From Candidatus Omnitrophota bacterium (lineage in GTDB: Bacteria; Omnitrophota; Gorgyraeia; Gygaellales; Profunditerraquicolaceae): a stretch of DNA of 64,000 bases. Shown piece after piece: positions 18,840 through 28,074 of this stretch (positions within the stretch are counted from its first letter, which is position 1; each line of letters opens with the position of its first letter). The position numbers and the translations under genes were made by a program. Location of the stretch: positions 2,719 to 66,718 of the forward strand of contig JAHKAP010000047.1 in assembly GCA_018825985.1 (NCBI GenBank). Reading direction: 5' to 3'. Below the pieces are notes generated by a model. It was given only the letters and a program-made list of their open reading frames with translations. It made no database searches and was not told where the DNA came from.

Positions 18840-19406
18840 ATGAGAGATAGAATAAAAGAAATTTTGTTAGAAAGTATTCAGATCAAAGAAGATGTTTTGC
18901 ATAATCGTATCGACCAGATCATTGAAATAACTAACCTGTTCATCGACTGCCTGAAAAAAGGCGGTAAAGTTATTTTTTTCGGCAACGGCGGTTCTGCCAG
19001 CGACAGCCAGCATCTGGCCGCTGAACTGGTAGGTAGGTTTAAAAAAGACCGTTTGGCCCTACCGGCAATATCATTAACTACTAATACCTCAATTTTGACT
19101 TCTTTGGCAAATGATTATGGTTATGATGTGGTTTTTTCCAGACAGATTGAGGCCTTAGGGAGTAAAAATGATTTAGCGATCGGGATTTCGACCAGCGGAA
19201 AGGCAAAAAATGTGGCGATGGCTATAAAACAGGCCAAGAAGATGGGGCTTAAAACAATTGCTTTTACCGGAGGAGATGGCGGAGAGTTGGTTAAATTGGC
19301 TGATGTCTCGCTGATGATTAATTCCGCGGTTACCGCCCGGATACAGGAAGCCCATATTACTATCGGGCACATTATATGCGAACTGGTGGAAGAGGCGATG
19401 GGTTGA
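18840..19406 (+). CDS. gmhA: Phosphoheptose isomerase (SIS domain)
   Basis: FFGNGGSASDSQH, AIGISTSGKAKN. Confidence 0.8.
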   Translation: MRDRIKEILLESIQIKEDVLHNRIDQIIEITNLFIDCLKKGGKVIFFGNGGSASDSQHLAAELVGRFKKDRLALPAISLTTNTSILTSLANDYGYDVVFSRQIEALGSKNDLAIGISTSGKAKNVAMAIKQAKKMGLKTIAFTGGDGGELVKLADVSLMINSAVTARIQEAHITIGHIICELVEEAMG

Positions 19407-19897
19407 TGAGAAAAATATTGCCGCTCGACCTTTTAAAAAAGAATATAATTTCTCTTAAAAGGCAGGGAAAAAAAATAGTATTCACTAACGGTTGTTTTGA
19501 CATCTTGCATTATGGCCATGTTAAGTATTTAGAAGACGCCTCGCATAAAGGCGACTGTCTGGTAGTAGCTATAAATAGCGATGTTTCCGTCAGAAGGATA
19601 AAGGGAAACCATCGGCCTATTGTAAAAGAGATGGACCGGGCCAGAGTTCTGGCGGGTTTAAAGAGTGTTGATTATGTGGTTATTTTTAAACAAGAAACCC
19701 CGCTTGAGGTCATCGAATACATTAAGCCGGATATTTTGGTTAAGGGCGCGGATTGGGGCCTCAAAGATATCGTAGGCAGGGAAGCGGTTTTAAAATACGG
19801 CGGCAAGGTTTCGGTAATAAGATTTTTAAAGGGGTATTCCACGACCAAGCTTATAAATAAAATTGCTCAAACATTCCAAAGACAGCGGTATAGATAG
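19406..19897 (+). CDS. D-glycero-β-D-manno-heptose 1-phosphate adenylyltransferase (HldE domain II / RfaE2), stand-alone
   Basis: Cytidylyltransferase fold (FTNGCFDILHYGHVKYL). The ATG at 19406 overlaps the gmhA stop (TGATG). Confidence 0.75.
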   Translation: MRKILPLDLLKKNIISLKRQGKKIVFTNGCFDILHYGHVKYLEDASHKGDCLVVAINSDVSVRRIKGNHRPIVKEMDRARVLAGLKSVDYVVIFKQETPLEVIEYIKPDILVKGADWGLKDIVGREAVLKYGGKVSVIRFLKGYSTTKLINKIAQTFQRQRYR

Positions 19898-20306
19898 GAT
19901 AATCGACGCTAACTTAAACCGGGCCAAAGAGGGTTTGCGGGTCATGGAAGAGATATCCCGGTTTATTCTGGAAAACCGCTCACTTAGCGCTGAATTAAAG
20001 AAGTTCAGGCATAGGTTGGATTCAATAATTAAAATTCTGCCCTCCAGATCTATTCTCTTGGTAGAAAGGGACAGCCTAAAGGATATCGGAAAAACCATTT
20101 ACATGAAAGAGTTGCGCCGGGAGAATTGCCGGGATATTTTTGCGGCTAATATGCAGAGGGTCAAAGAGTCTTTAAGGGTATTGGAGGAATTTTCTAAATT
20201 ACGAGATATCAAAGCGGCGATTAGATTTAAAGAGGCCAGGTATTACATCTATGAATTGGAAAAAAAGATCGATCAAAGACTGTCGTCTTTACGCTATCTT
20301 AGATAA
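19863..20306 (+). CDS. Hypothetical small protein upstream of thiE (possibly a ThiE-associated N-terminal-type domain)
   Basis: Helical. DANLNRAKEGLRVMEE resembles the extra N-terminal domain fused to ThiE in some lineages. Weak support. Confidence 0.3.
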   Translation: MLKHSKDSGIDRIIDANLNRAKEGLRVMEEISRFILENRSLSAELKKFRHRLDSIIKILPSRSILLVERDSLKDIGKTIYMKELRRENCRDIFAANMQRVKESLRVLEEFSKLRDIKAAIRFKEARYYIYELEKKIDQRLSSLRYLR

Positions 20307-20889
20307 AGATGTTCTGGTGAAAAGATCCTTATTAAATACCGCGCGAAAAATGTTGGACGCGGGCGTGGATATTATCCAATACCGGGATAAGTCATCCGAT
20401 AAAAAAACCATCCTTAAACACTCCCTCATATTAAAAAAACTATTACAAAAAAGCAGGACCATATTTATAATCAATGATCATGTTGATATCGCCTCTTTAG
20501 TGGATAGCGATGGAGTTCATTTGGGCCAGGACGACCTTTCGCTTGGAGGTGCCCGTAAATTATTAGGGCCGGAGAAGATAATCGGGATATCCTGCCGCGG
20601 TTTAAAACAGGCTTTGATAGCCCAGAATGAGGGCGCTGATTATTTGGGTTTAGGCCCGGTATTCTCAACTCCGGTAAAAAAAGGATTTTCGCCGGTTGGC
20701 CTGGAGAAGATACGTGAGTTTGAAAAAAATATCCGTATTCCTTATTTTGTAATCGGCGGGATTAATTGTAATAATCTCCTGCGGGTAAGATCGGCCGGGG
20801 CTAAAAGGGCGGCGATCTGCCGCGGATTATGCCGGGCGCAAGATATACTTAAACAAACCAGGAAGATCCGAAGTATTTTGAATAATTAA
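20251..20889 (+). CDS. thiE: Thiamine-phosphate synthase
   Basis: TIM barrel ThiE motifs (LYAILD, IQYRDK, VHLGQDD, GLGPVFSTPVKK). Confidence 0.85.
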   Translation: MNWKKRSIKDCRLYAILDKDVLVKRSLLNTARKMLDAGVDIIQYRDKSSDKKTILKHSLILKKLLQKSRTIFIINDHVDIASLVDSDGVHLGQDDLSLGGARKLLGPEKIIGISCRGLKQALIAQNEGADYLGLGPVFSTPVKKGFSPVGLEKIREFEKNIRIPYFVIGGINCNNLLRVRSAGAKRAAICRGLCRAQDILKQTRKIRSILNN

Positions 20890-20894
20890 TTATA

Positions 20895-22178
20895 ATGACC
20901 CAGATAGAATACGCTAGAAAGAATATTCTTACTTCGATAATGAAAAAGATTTCGTCGCAGGAATCATTATCGGGTGAGGTTTTTTTAAAGCGCTTAAAAG
21001 AAGGGAAGATCGTCATACCTTTAAATCATAAACATAAGATAAAAAAACCCTGCGCGGTAGGTTTAGGTTTGAAGACTAAAATAAATGCTAATATTGGGAC
21101 CTCTCCGGATAAGGATAGCTCCTCAGATGAATTGGAGAAATTAGCCGTAGCTCTAAAATATGGCGCGGATACGGTTATGGACCTTAGTGTTGGTTCTGAT
21201 ATACCTGGTGTCCGCCGCAGGATACTAAAGGCGTCTTGTGTTCCTGTAGGTACCGTGCCTATTTATGAGATTGCGGTAAACGCTCAAAAAAAGTATAAAG
21301 ATCTGCTCAGATTTGATATTAACAGCATATTGGATTGCCTTGAAACTCAGGCCAGCGACGGAGTCGATTTTTTTACTATCCATTGCGGAGTTACCAAAAA
21401 AAGCCTTGATGCTTTAAACTCGAGCAAAAGGTTGATGGGAATTGTCTCCCGGGGAGGAGCGATGATCGCCTCCTGGATCAAGAAGAATAAGAAAGAAAAT
21501 CCTTTTTATGAATATTTTGACCGGATACTGGATATCGCTTATCGTTATGATGTTACCTTAAGCCTGGGTGACGGACTGCGTCCGGGATCGATATTCGACG
21601 CTACTGATAATGCCCAGATCTGTGAACTAAAAATTTTGGGCGAACTTAAGGCAAGGGCGAATAAGCGCAATGTCCAGGTAATAATTGAAGGCCCGGGCCA
21701 TGTCCCCTTAGACCAGATAAGAGAGAATATCCTATTGGAAAAAAAGATTTGCCGGGGAGCGCCATTTTATGTCCTTGGACCGCTGGTTACAGATATTGCT
21801 CCCGGATATGACCATATTACTTCTGCGATAGGCGCTGCAATGGCCGCTGGTTATGGCGCGGACTTTTTGTGTTATGTGACCCCTTCAGAACATTTGCGCC
21901 ATCCCTCGGCTGAAGATGTTAGGGAAGGGGTGATAGCTTCCAGGATCGCTGCCCACGCGGCAGATATTGTTAAAGGACTGCCGCAGGCTTTAGAATGGGA
22001 CAGAAAAATGTCGCTGGCTCGTAAAAAGCGCGATTGGCAAAAACAGATCAAGTTGGCAATAGATCCTCAAAAGGCTAAACTTTATCGTTTGTCTTCCAAA
22101 CCGGATCTGTCCGACGTATGCACAATGTGCGGGAAGTATTGTTCAATTAAACTAAGCGAGAAGTGCCTGAAACTTTAA
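20895..22178 (+). CDS. thiC: Phosphomethylpyrimidine synthase (short form)
   Basis: ThiC core plus the C-terminal CTMCGKYC cluster. Confidence 0.9.
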   Translation: MTQIEYARKNILTSIMKKISSQESLSGEVFLKRLKEGKIVIPLNHKHKIKKPCAVGLGLKTKINANIGTSPDKDSSSDELEKLAVALKYGADTVMDLSVGSDIPGVRRRILKASCVPVGTVPIYEIAVNAQKKYKDLLRFDINSILDCLETQASDGVDFFTIHCGVTKKSLDALNSSKRLMGIVSRGGAMIASWIKKNKKENPFYEYFDRILDIAYRYDVTLSLGDGLRPGSIFDATDNAQICELKILGELKARANKRNVQVIIEGPGHVPLDQIRENILLEKKICRGAPFYVLGPLVTDIAPGYDHITSAIGAAMAAGYGADFLCYVTPSEHLRHPSAEDVREGVIASRIAAHAADIVKGLPQALEWDRKMSLARKKRDWQKQIKLAIDPQKAKLYRLSSKPDLSDVCTMCGKYCSIKLSEKCLKL

Positions 22179-22183
22179 ATTTT

Positions 22184-22298
22184 GCGGGTGTAGTTTCCGC
22201 CACAAACCGTGGCGGATCCACCGAGTTCTTTGGCGGACATCGGTAGAATACCAGCTTCCTCCCGACGCTATCGTAAGGAGAATCGGGATCCCGCCCCA
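22184..22298 (+). other. tRNA-like remnant. It starts with the same 9 nt (GCGGGTGTA) as the downstream tRNA-Gly, contains GGTAGAAT and ends CCCGCCCCA, but has no valid anticodon arm.
   Basis: Partial similarity to the neighbouring tRNA-Gly. The acceptor halves are recognisable but the middle is rearranged. Contains the CGGGATCCCG palindrome. Confidence 0.25.
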
Positions 22299-22335
22299 CA
22301 TAAACGAAGGTCGGGACAAGCTGTTGAATTAGTTT

Positions 22336-22409
22336 GCGGGTGTAATTCAATGGTAGAATGGCAGCTTCCCAAGCTGTCTATGGCGGTTCGATTCCGCTCA
22401 CCCGCTCCA
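22336..22409 (+). tRNA. tRNA-Gly (anticodon CCC)
   Basis: Cloverleaf: GCGGGTG acceptor stem, GGTAGAAT D-loop, anticodon loop TTCCCAA, T-arm GGCGGTTCGATTCCGCT, 3' CACCCGC-T-CCA. Confidence 0.8.
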
Positions 22410-22451
22410 AAATACAGTATGTAGTAGGTAGTAGATAGGCGTAAGAAAAAT

Positions 22452-23153
22452 ATGGAGAAAATGAGGGGATATTTATTAAGGAATAGAAAAAGAATAACCT
22501 ATATACTATATACTACATACTTTATGCTGTTCTTGGTCGGGTGCGCCAGTACTACAGTTATTAAGCCAACACATCCCGGCGCGGCCAGGCCGGAAGGTGT
22601 TTATCACCGGGTGGAAAAAGGCCAGACCCTTTGGGCAATTTCTAAGAAATATTCGGTGGATATCGATAGCCTTGCCAGGGCAAACCGAATTTTTGATACT
22701 GCCAGGATAGAAGTAGGGCAGTTAATATTTATACCTGAAAATAAACAGCCTGCTGCGGTTAAGGTTTATTCAAACGATGATTTTATCTGGCCCTTAGAAG
22801 GAAAGGTTGTATCCAGTTTCGGCCAGAGTTTTAATAACATGATCAATAAAGGATTGAACATCCAGCCGGCCTCATCTGCCGATATCCTGGTTTCTCGCAG
22901 CGGCAGGGTAGTTTTTTACAGCGATAATTTTATTTCTTTCGGTAAGACCTTGATCGTTGATCATCAGGATGGATTCTTAACTGTTTACGCTGGGATAGCG
23001 CAGGCTTTGGTTAAGCTTGGCGATGATATTTTAAAAGGCGTTTCCATAGGCAGGGTTTACCCGACAAGTAATTTGGCAGGGGGTAAACCGTATTTACATT
23101 TTGAGATCAGGAAGGGGCATTTAGCCCAAAACCCATATTTTTATCTGCCATGA
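22452..23153 (+). CDS. LysM plus M23 peptidase lipoprotein (NlpD/EnvC-like)
   Basis: Lipobox LVGCAS, a LysM domain (YHRVEKGQTLWAISKKY), and an M23 C-terminal domain. Confidence 0.85.
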   Translation: MEKMRGYLLRNRKRITYILYTTYFMLFLVGCASTTVIKPTHPGAARPEGVYHRVEKGQTLWAISKKYSVDIDSLARANRIFDTARIEVGQLIFIPENKQPAAVKVYSNDDFIWPLEGKVVSSFGQSFNNMINKGLNIQPASSADILVSRSGRVVFYSDNFISFGKTLIVDHQDGFLTVYAGIAQALVKLGDDILKGVSIGRVYPTSNLAGGKPYLHFEIRKGHLAQNPYFYLP

Positions 23154-24742
23154 ACGAAAATAATATTTTTGGAAGACAGGTCTATTTGGATATCCTGGAA
23201 AAGCGGATCAATGATTTTAAAGAAGGCTACCGTCAGAATATCGCTATAATTGGCGATGAGTCTATCGGCAAGACTTCTCTGGTCTTTGAATTCCTGCGCA
23301 AATTTTATGATAATAGCGTTATTACCGTATATCTTGAAGTAAGGCCGGAATCCCTGGCTACTTTCGGTAAGCGGTTTATCGGGGTATTACTTTATAATTT
23401 CCTGGTTAATAGCAATATCAATCTAAAAGAAGATCTGGATTTTCTAATCAATAAATCTTACTCTTATATACCGAAAACCGTAGACAAGATCCGGGTGATA
23501 CTTAAGGATTTGGAAAAAAGGAAAAAAGATAATATCTTCTTTGACCTGCTATCTCTCTGCGATCTAATTTACCAGGAGACCGGAAAGCTTAGCCTGGTGA
23601 TCATGGATGAGTTTCATAATTTTGACAACGCCCAAGCAAAGAAGTTATACAGCGAATGGTCCAAGAGCCTGATGGTCCAGAAGAATACAATGTATATAAT
23701 CCTGAGTTCGTCTGTCTGCCGGGCCCGGGCCCTGCTCTCCAAAGAACTTTCTCTTTTATTTGGCAATTTTCAGGTAGTTGAGATAGAGCCTTTTGACGCC
23801 CAAACCACGGAAGAATACTTAAGCCTTAAATTAGAAGGTATTAATATCGATCCGGAGTTGAAAAATTTCCTGGCCCATTTTACCGCCGGCCATCCGTTTT
23901 ACCTGGAGATCATTGCTAATCTTTTGCTGAAATCTCCGCAGGTTGACCTGGTTGACCTGCTGGAGGATATTATTTTTGAATCATCCGGGATTCTTAACCA
24001 GAGGTTTCATAATTATCTTAAACGGTTTGAATCCGGAAAACATAGTGATGTCCATATCGCGATCCTTTATTCGGTCTCCCGGGGCCAGAATAAGATCAAA
24101 GACCTTGTCCATATTACCCACACGCCTAAAAAAGAATTAGAGTCCCGGATCAATTATTTATTAAGCGTTGATGCCCTTAGCCGCAACGGAGATTTTTTAA
24201 AGATAAATGACCGGGTTTTTAGTTTTTGGCTAAGGTTTGTTTACCAGCAGAAATTGCGTTCTTTTACATATGATGCCCAGAATCAAAAATCGGTATTCAG
24301 GAAGAATATCGAGGATATGGTCGGTGAATTCCTGAATAGCTCAGGAAAGAGCGTTTTTCAGAGGGTAAAGGAGCTATTGAACCTTTTTGCGGATGACTCG
24401 ATCCAGATAGAAAAAAAGAGGCTTAAGCTTACTCACTTCCGCGAGATAAAAAAGGTGGAATTTACTAATCGCGGGATCAGGGAGGGGTTGGTCTGCCGTT
24501 CCGGCGAGAGCCTCTGGATCATCGCTTTCAAGCCGGATGTTTTGAATGAAATAGATATCAGTGAATTCGCCAGGGAATGCAAAAAATTCCGCTATAGACT
24601 CCAAAAAAAAATTATTATCACTATGCGGGAGATGGACGCTAATAGCCGTTTAAGGGCATTAGAGGAGAAGATTATGACTTGGGATGTGGATAATCTAAAC
24701 CAGATATTGGATCTTTATTCCCGGCCAAGGATAGCTATATGA
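23150..24742 (+). CDS. Archaeal-type AAA ATPase (PF01637-like) with a DUF234 C-terminal domain
   Basis: Walker A (IGDESIGKTS) and Walker B (VIMDEFH). The architecture is typical of ATPase_2/DUF234 proteins. Confidence 0.55.
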   Translation: MNENNIFGRQVYLDILEKRINDFKEGYRQNIAIIGDESIGKTSLVFEFLRKFYDNSVITVYLEVRPESLATFGKRFIGVLLYNFLVNSNINLKEDLDFLINKSYSYIPKTVDKIRVILKDLEKRKKDNIFFDLLSLCDLIYQETGKLSLVIMDEFHNFDNAQAKKLYSEWSKSLMVQKNTMYIILSSSVCRARALLSKELSLLFGNFQVVEIEPFDAQTTEEYLSLKLEGINIDPELKNFLAHFTAGHPFYLEIIANLLLKSPQVDLVDLLEDIIFESSGILNQRFHNYLKRFESGKHSDVHIAILYSVSRGQNKIKDLVHITHTPKKELESRINYLLSVDALSRNGDFLKINDRVFSFWLRFVYQQKLRSFTYDAQNQKSVFRKNIEDMVGEFLNSSGKSVFQRVKELLNLFADDSIQIEKKRLKLTHFREIKKVEFTNRGIREGLVCRSGESLWIIAFKPDVLNEIDISEFARECKKFRYRLQKKIIITMREMDANSRLRALEEKIMTWDVDNLNQILDLYSRPRIAI

Positions 24743-24820
24743 GCCCCGCACCTTCTAAAATATTAAATCATTAAAGGCAAATGGTGTTAGGGTTATGAAT
24801 AAGAAAGAAGGTGCAAGGTG
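24741..24820 (+). repeat. Third copy of the ~80-bp MITE-like SD-carrying element. It supplies the SD and GTG start of the yfcE-like gene.
   Basis: About 80% identical to copy 2 at 14657-14735. It begins at the stop codon of the upstream ATPase gene. Confidence 0.7.
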
Positions 24821-25309
24821 AGGATCGGGGTGATCGCAGATACGCATGTTCCGGACAGGGCTAAAAAAATACCGGATGAAGTTCTAAAGGCCTTTAGAAA
24901 TGTAGATATGATTATCCACGCCGGAGACCTGGTCGTTTTAAACGTGTTGGAAGATCTTAAAAAGCTCTGCCCTGACGTGAGGGCAGTCTGCGGCAACATG
25001 GATTGTATTCATGTGCGTAATAATTTTCCCGATAGAATGCTGATCAAAGCAGGCGAAGTTAATATCGGGGTAATGCATGGGTTTGGGCCGGTCGGGAGCT
25101 TAATGGATGTTTTAAAAGAGGCTTTTAAGAAAGAGAAAGTGGGCCTGATCATATTCGGGCATTCTCACAAGGCATTTAATAAAAATAAAGATAATATCAT
25201 TTTTTTTAATCCCGGAAGCCCGACTGATAAATTATTTTCATCCTACAATTCTTATGGTATTATAGAGATTAAAGGCAGGAATATTGATGCCAAGATAGTT
25301 AAATTATAA
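24818..25309 (+). CDS. YfcE/MJ0936-family metallophosphoesterase
   Basis: GVIADTH, HAGDL, GNMD and GHSH motifs. Confidence 0.8.
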   Translation: MRIGVIADTHVPDRAKKIPDEVLKAFRNVDMIIHAGDLVVLNVLEDLKKLCPDVRAVCGNMDCIHVRNNFPDRMLIKAGEVNIGVMHGFGPVGSLMDVLKEAFKKEKVGLIIFGHSHKAFNKNKDNIIFFNPGSPTDKLFSSYNSYGIIEIKGRNIDAKIVKL

Positions 25310-25310
25310 A

Positions 25311-25390
25311 TGTAAATGGGGTCAGAATTATTTTTCTTATTTTACTTACCCGAAAAATAATTCTGACCCCATTTAGACCCCATTTACAAG
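25311..25390. repeat. Paired REP type A, flanked by a 25-bp direct duplication (25283-25309 and 25391-25417)
   Basis: GATGCcAAGATAGTTAAATTAtAAA repeats as GATGCgAAGATAGTTAAATTAaAAA. The first copy contains the yfcE stop. Confidence 0.75.
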
Positions 25391-25418
25391 ATCGATGCGA
25401 AGATAGTTAAATTAAAAA

Positions 25419-25901
25419 ATGGATAAACTCTGGGCGCCCTGGCGGGAGAGTTATGTGCAATCAAAGAAGGATAAGAAGTGCATATTTTGCCTGGCAGTAA
25501 AAAAAGCCCGGGGCAGTCAAATAATTTTTAAATCTAAATATTCATTTTGTATCCTGAACATATTCCCTTATAATAACGGGCATTTGATGGTTGCCCCGAT
25601 TAAGCATTGCGCGGATATAACTTTACTAAAAGATGAAGAAGTCCTGGACCTATTCAGGTCATTAAAAGAAGCCAAGAAACTGCTGGATAGGGTATTAAGG
25701 CCCCAAGGATATAATATAGGTATTAATTTAAATGATGTGGCCGGAGCCGGAGTCACCGGACATTTGCATATCCATATAGTCCCCCGCTGGAAAGGCGATA
25801 CAAATTTTATGCCGATCATAGGCAATACTAAAGTGATATCCCAATCGTTAAAAGAATTATTTAAGCAGTTAATAAATGAGCGCAAAAAAACAAATATTTG
25901 A
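25419..25901 (+). CDS. HIT-family nucleotide hydrolase/transferase
   Basis: Histidine triad HLHIHIVPRW. Confidence 0.85.
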   Translation: MDKLWAPWRESYVQSKKDKKCIFCLAVKKARGSQIIFKSKYSFCILNIFPYNNGHLMVAPIKHCADITLLKDEEVLDLFRSLKEAKKLLDRVLRPQGYNIGINLNDVAGAGVTGHLHIHIVPRWKGDTNFMPIIGNTKVISQSLKELFKQLINERKKTNI

Positions 25902-27030
25902 TCTTGAAGAAAGTTTCCTCGCTCCTTACGCAATGAAGAGCGTAAATTCCAAGGGAAGAGTATATCCGGAGGAAGTCCATTCTTACCGTTCTCCTTACCA
26001 GCGGGACAGGGACAGGGTCATCCATTCCGCGGCTTTCAGGAGGCTGGAATATAAAACCCAGGTTTTTGTTAATCATGAAGGCGATTACTATCGCACCAGG
26101 CTGACCCATACTATTGAAGTGGCCCAAATAGCCAGGACTATTGCTTACGCCTTGCGTTTGAATTTTGATCTGACCGAAGCGATCGCCTTGGCCCATGATT
26201 TGGGGCACACCCCTTTCGGCCATTCCGGAGAAGACGCCTTAAATGAACTAATGTCGAAATTCGGAGGTTTTAATCATAACCTGCAGGGTTTACGGGTCGT
26301 TGATATCCTGGAAGAACGTTATCCGGATTTCCCCGGGCTTAATTTGAGCTGGGAGGTCAGGGAAGGCATAGTTAAACACTCCAGCGCCTTTGATATCGCT
26401 GCGAAAATTAAGGATTTGGCTCCCAAGGAACTGCCGACCCTGGAGACTCAAATCGTTGACATTGCCGATGAAATTGCTTATGATAACCATGATATCGATG
26501 ATGGCATTACATCGGGGCTTCTAAAAGAGTCGGATTTTAAGACCCTGGAGATTTGGAATAATATATGTAAGGCAATTTCCAGTAAATATGCTAAAATAGA
26601 TCCGGCGATAAAGAAATACCTGATCATCCGCTCGTTGATAAATATACAGGTTACTGACCTTATTCAAAAGACGCAGGCCACTATAGACCGGCTTAAGCCT
26701 AAGTCGCATCAGGATGTTAAAAGCGCGGATAAAAAAATAGTTTCGTTTAGCCCAAGGTTAAATGAATTACGTTTGCCATTAAGGGATCTTTTGATCAATA
26801 AATTATATCGGCACTACCGGGTAGTGCGGATGAGCGATAAAGCCAAACGTTTTATTAAAGAATTATTTGAAGTTTATATCTCCCGGCCGCAGGCTCTGCC
26901 TTCGAATATCCAGAAGCGTATCCCCAAGGATGACACTCGCAGGGCGGTGTGCGATTATATCGCCGGAATGACTGATAGGTATGCCTTAGATGAATACAAA
27001 AAACTATTTGATCCCTACGAAAAGGTATAA
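25876..27030 (+). CDS. dGTP triphosphohydrolase-like HD-domain protein
   Basis: HDLGHTPFGHSGE and the DIADEIAY motif. Confidence 0.85.
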   Translation: MSAKKQIFDLEESFLAPYAMKSVNSKGRVYPEEVHSYRSPYQRDRDRVIHSAAFRRLEYKTQVFVNHEGDYYRTRLTHTIEVAQIARTIAYALRLNFDLTEAIALAHDLGHTPFGHSGEDALNELMSKFGGFNHNLQGLRVVDILEERYPDFPGLNLSWEVREGIVKHSSAFDIAAKIKDLAPKELPTLETQIVDIADEIAYDNHDIDDGITSGLLKESDFKTLEIWNNICKAISSKYAKIDPAIKKYLIIRSLINIQVTDLIQKTQATIDRLKPKSHQDVKSADKKIVSFSPRLNELRLPLRDLLINKLYRHYRVVRMSDKAKRFIKELFEVYISRPQALPSNIQKRIPKDDTRRAVCDYIAGMTDRYALDEYKKLFDPYEKV

Positions 27031-28051
27031 AACTCTAATTTCATCCATCCATAGTATTTACCGGCTGGTGAATTCTACCTTTGAATTAAATGATCTAATC
27101 ATCCGGCTATCCCGGTTGATCTGTCAGATATTCGATTCCCAGCACTGTATGATTCTAATCCTGGATTCCAGCAAGAAGCATTCAATATTTAAATGCGTTA
27201 TAAACAACAAAAAGAAGACTATTATTGATAAGAAACATAATATCTCCGCCAGGCTCGAGAAGAGGATCATTGCCAAGCTTTCGGTTGTGCGTAATGATCA
27301 TTGTATCGGTTTGCCGTTGATCGGTGACGATATTGTAGGCGTGGTTGTGTTAAAGCGCTCCAAAAAGGAACCGGCCTTTGATAATTATGACCAGGAGATA
27401 TTAATGACTCTTCTGGAGCAGGCGATGATCGCTATTAAAAATTTGCAGTTATATGAAGAGCAGCAGAAGACCGTTTTCGGAAGTATCAAGAGCCTGGTTA
27501 TGCTTTTAGATATGCGGGTCCCTCAGGGGTACACCCACTCTCCATATTTCAGCCGTCTGGTAGCGGCTATTGCCGGACAGCTGCACCTTGACCAGAAGCA
27601 GATCGAGTCTTTAAAATACGCCAGCCTTTTGCATGATGCCGGAAAAATAGATATTCCCATTGAGATTTTGACTAAAACCACTAAATTGACTCCTCAGGAG
27701 TATTCGATCATTAAGCGCCATCCGGTCATGGGCGCGCAGATCTTAAGGCCATTGCAGATCTTAAGGCCGGCGATACCGATTATTATGCATCATCATGAAA
27801 AATATAACGGAACGGGTTATCCGTCTAAGCTGAAAAAAGGGCAGATCCCGTTGGGCGCCCGGGTTATGGCGGTTGCCGATGCTTTTGAGGCTATGGTTTA
27901 CGGAAGGCCTTACCGGGAGCGGATTAACATAGACCTGGCTATCCGGGAGATTAAAAAGAAGAGCGGGACCCAGTTTGACCCGAAAATAGTCGAAGCCTTC
28001 TTAAAAATATCCAAAAAAATGGCAAAAAAATACTTGCAATTTAATAGATAG
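26990..28051 (+). CDS. HD-GYP phosphohydrolase with an N-terminal GAF-like domain
   Basis: HD motif (LLHDAGK) and HHHEKYNGTGYP. Confidence 0.8.
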   Translation: MNTKNYLIPTKRYKTLISSIHSIYRLVNSTFELNDLIIRLSRLICQIFDSQHCMILILDSSKKHSIFKCVINNKKKTIIDKKHNISARLEKRIIAKLSVVRNDHCIGLPLIGDDIVGVVVLKRSKKEPAFDNYDQEILMTLLEQAMIAIKNLQLYEEQQKTVFGSIKSLVMLLDMRVPQGYTHSPYFSRLVAAIAGQLHLDQKQIESLKYASLLHDAGKIDIPIEILTKTTKLTPQEYSIIKRHPVMGAQILRPLQILRPAIPIIMHHHEKYNGTGYPSKLKKGQIPLGARVMAVADAFEAMVYGRPYRERINIDLAIREIKKKSGTQFDPKIVEAFLKISKKMAKKYLQFNR

Positions 28052-28074
28052 AGGATATATAATAAAAGGTTAAG

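Noticed and set aside
22147-22424. ORFs 22147-22350 (-) and 22209-22424 (+) from the six-frame track
   Set aside because: They overlap tRNA-Gly and the tRNA-like remnant, they are Arg/Pro-rich translations of structured RNA, and they have no RBS.
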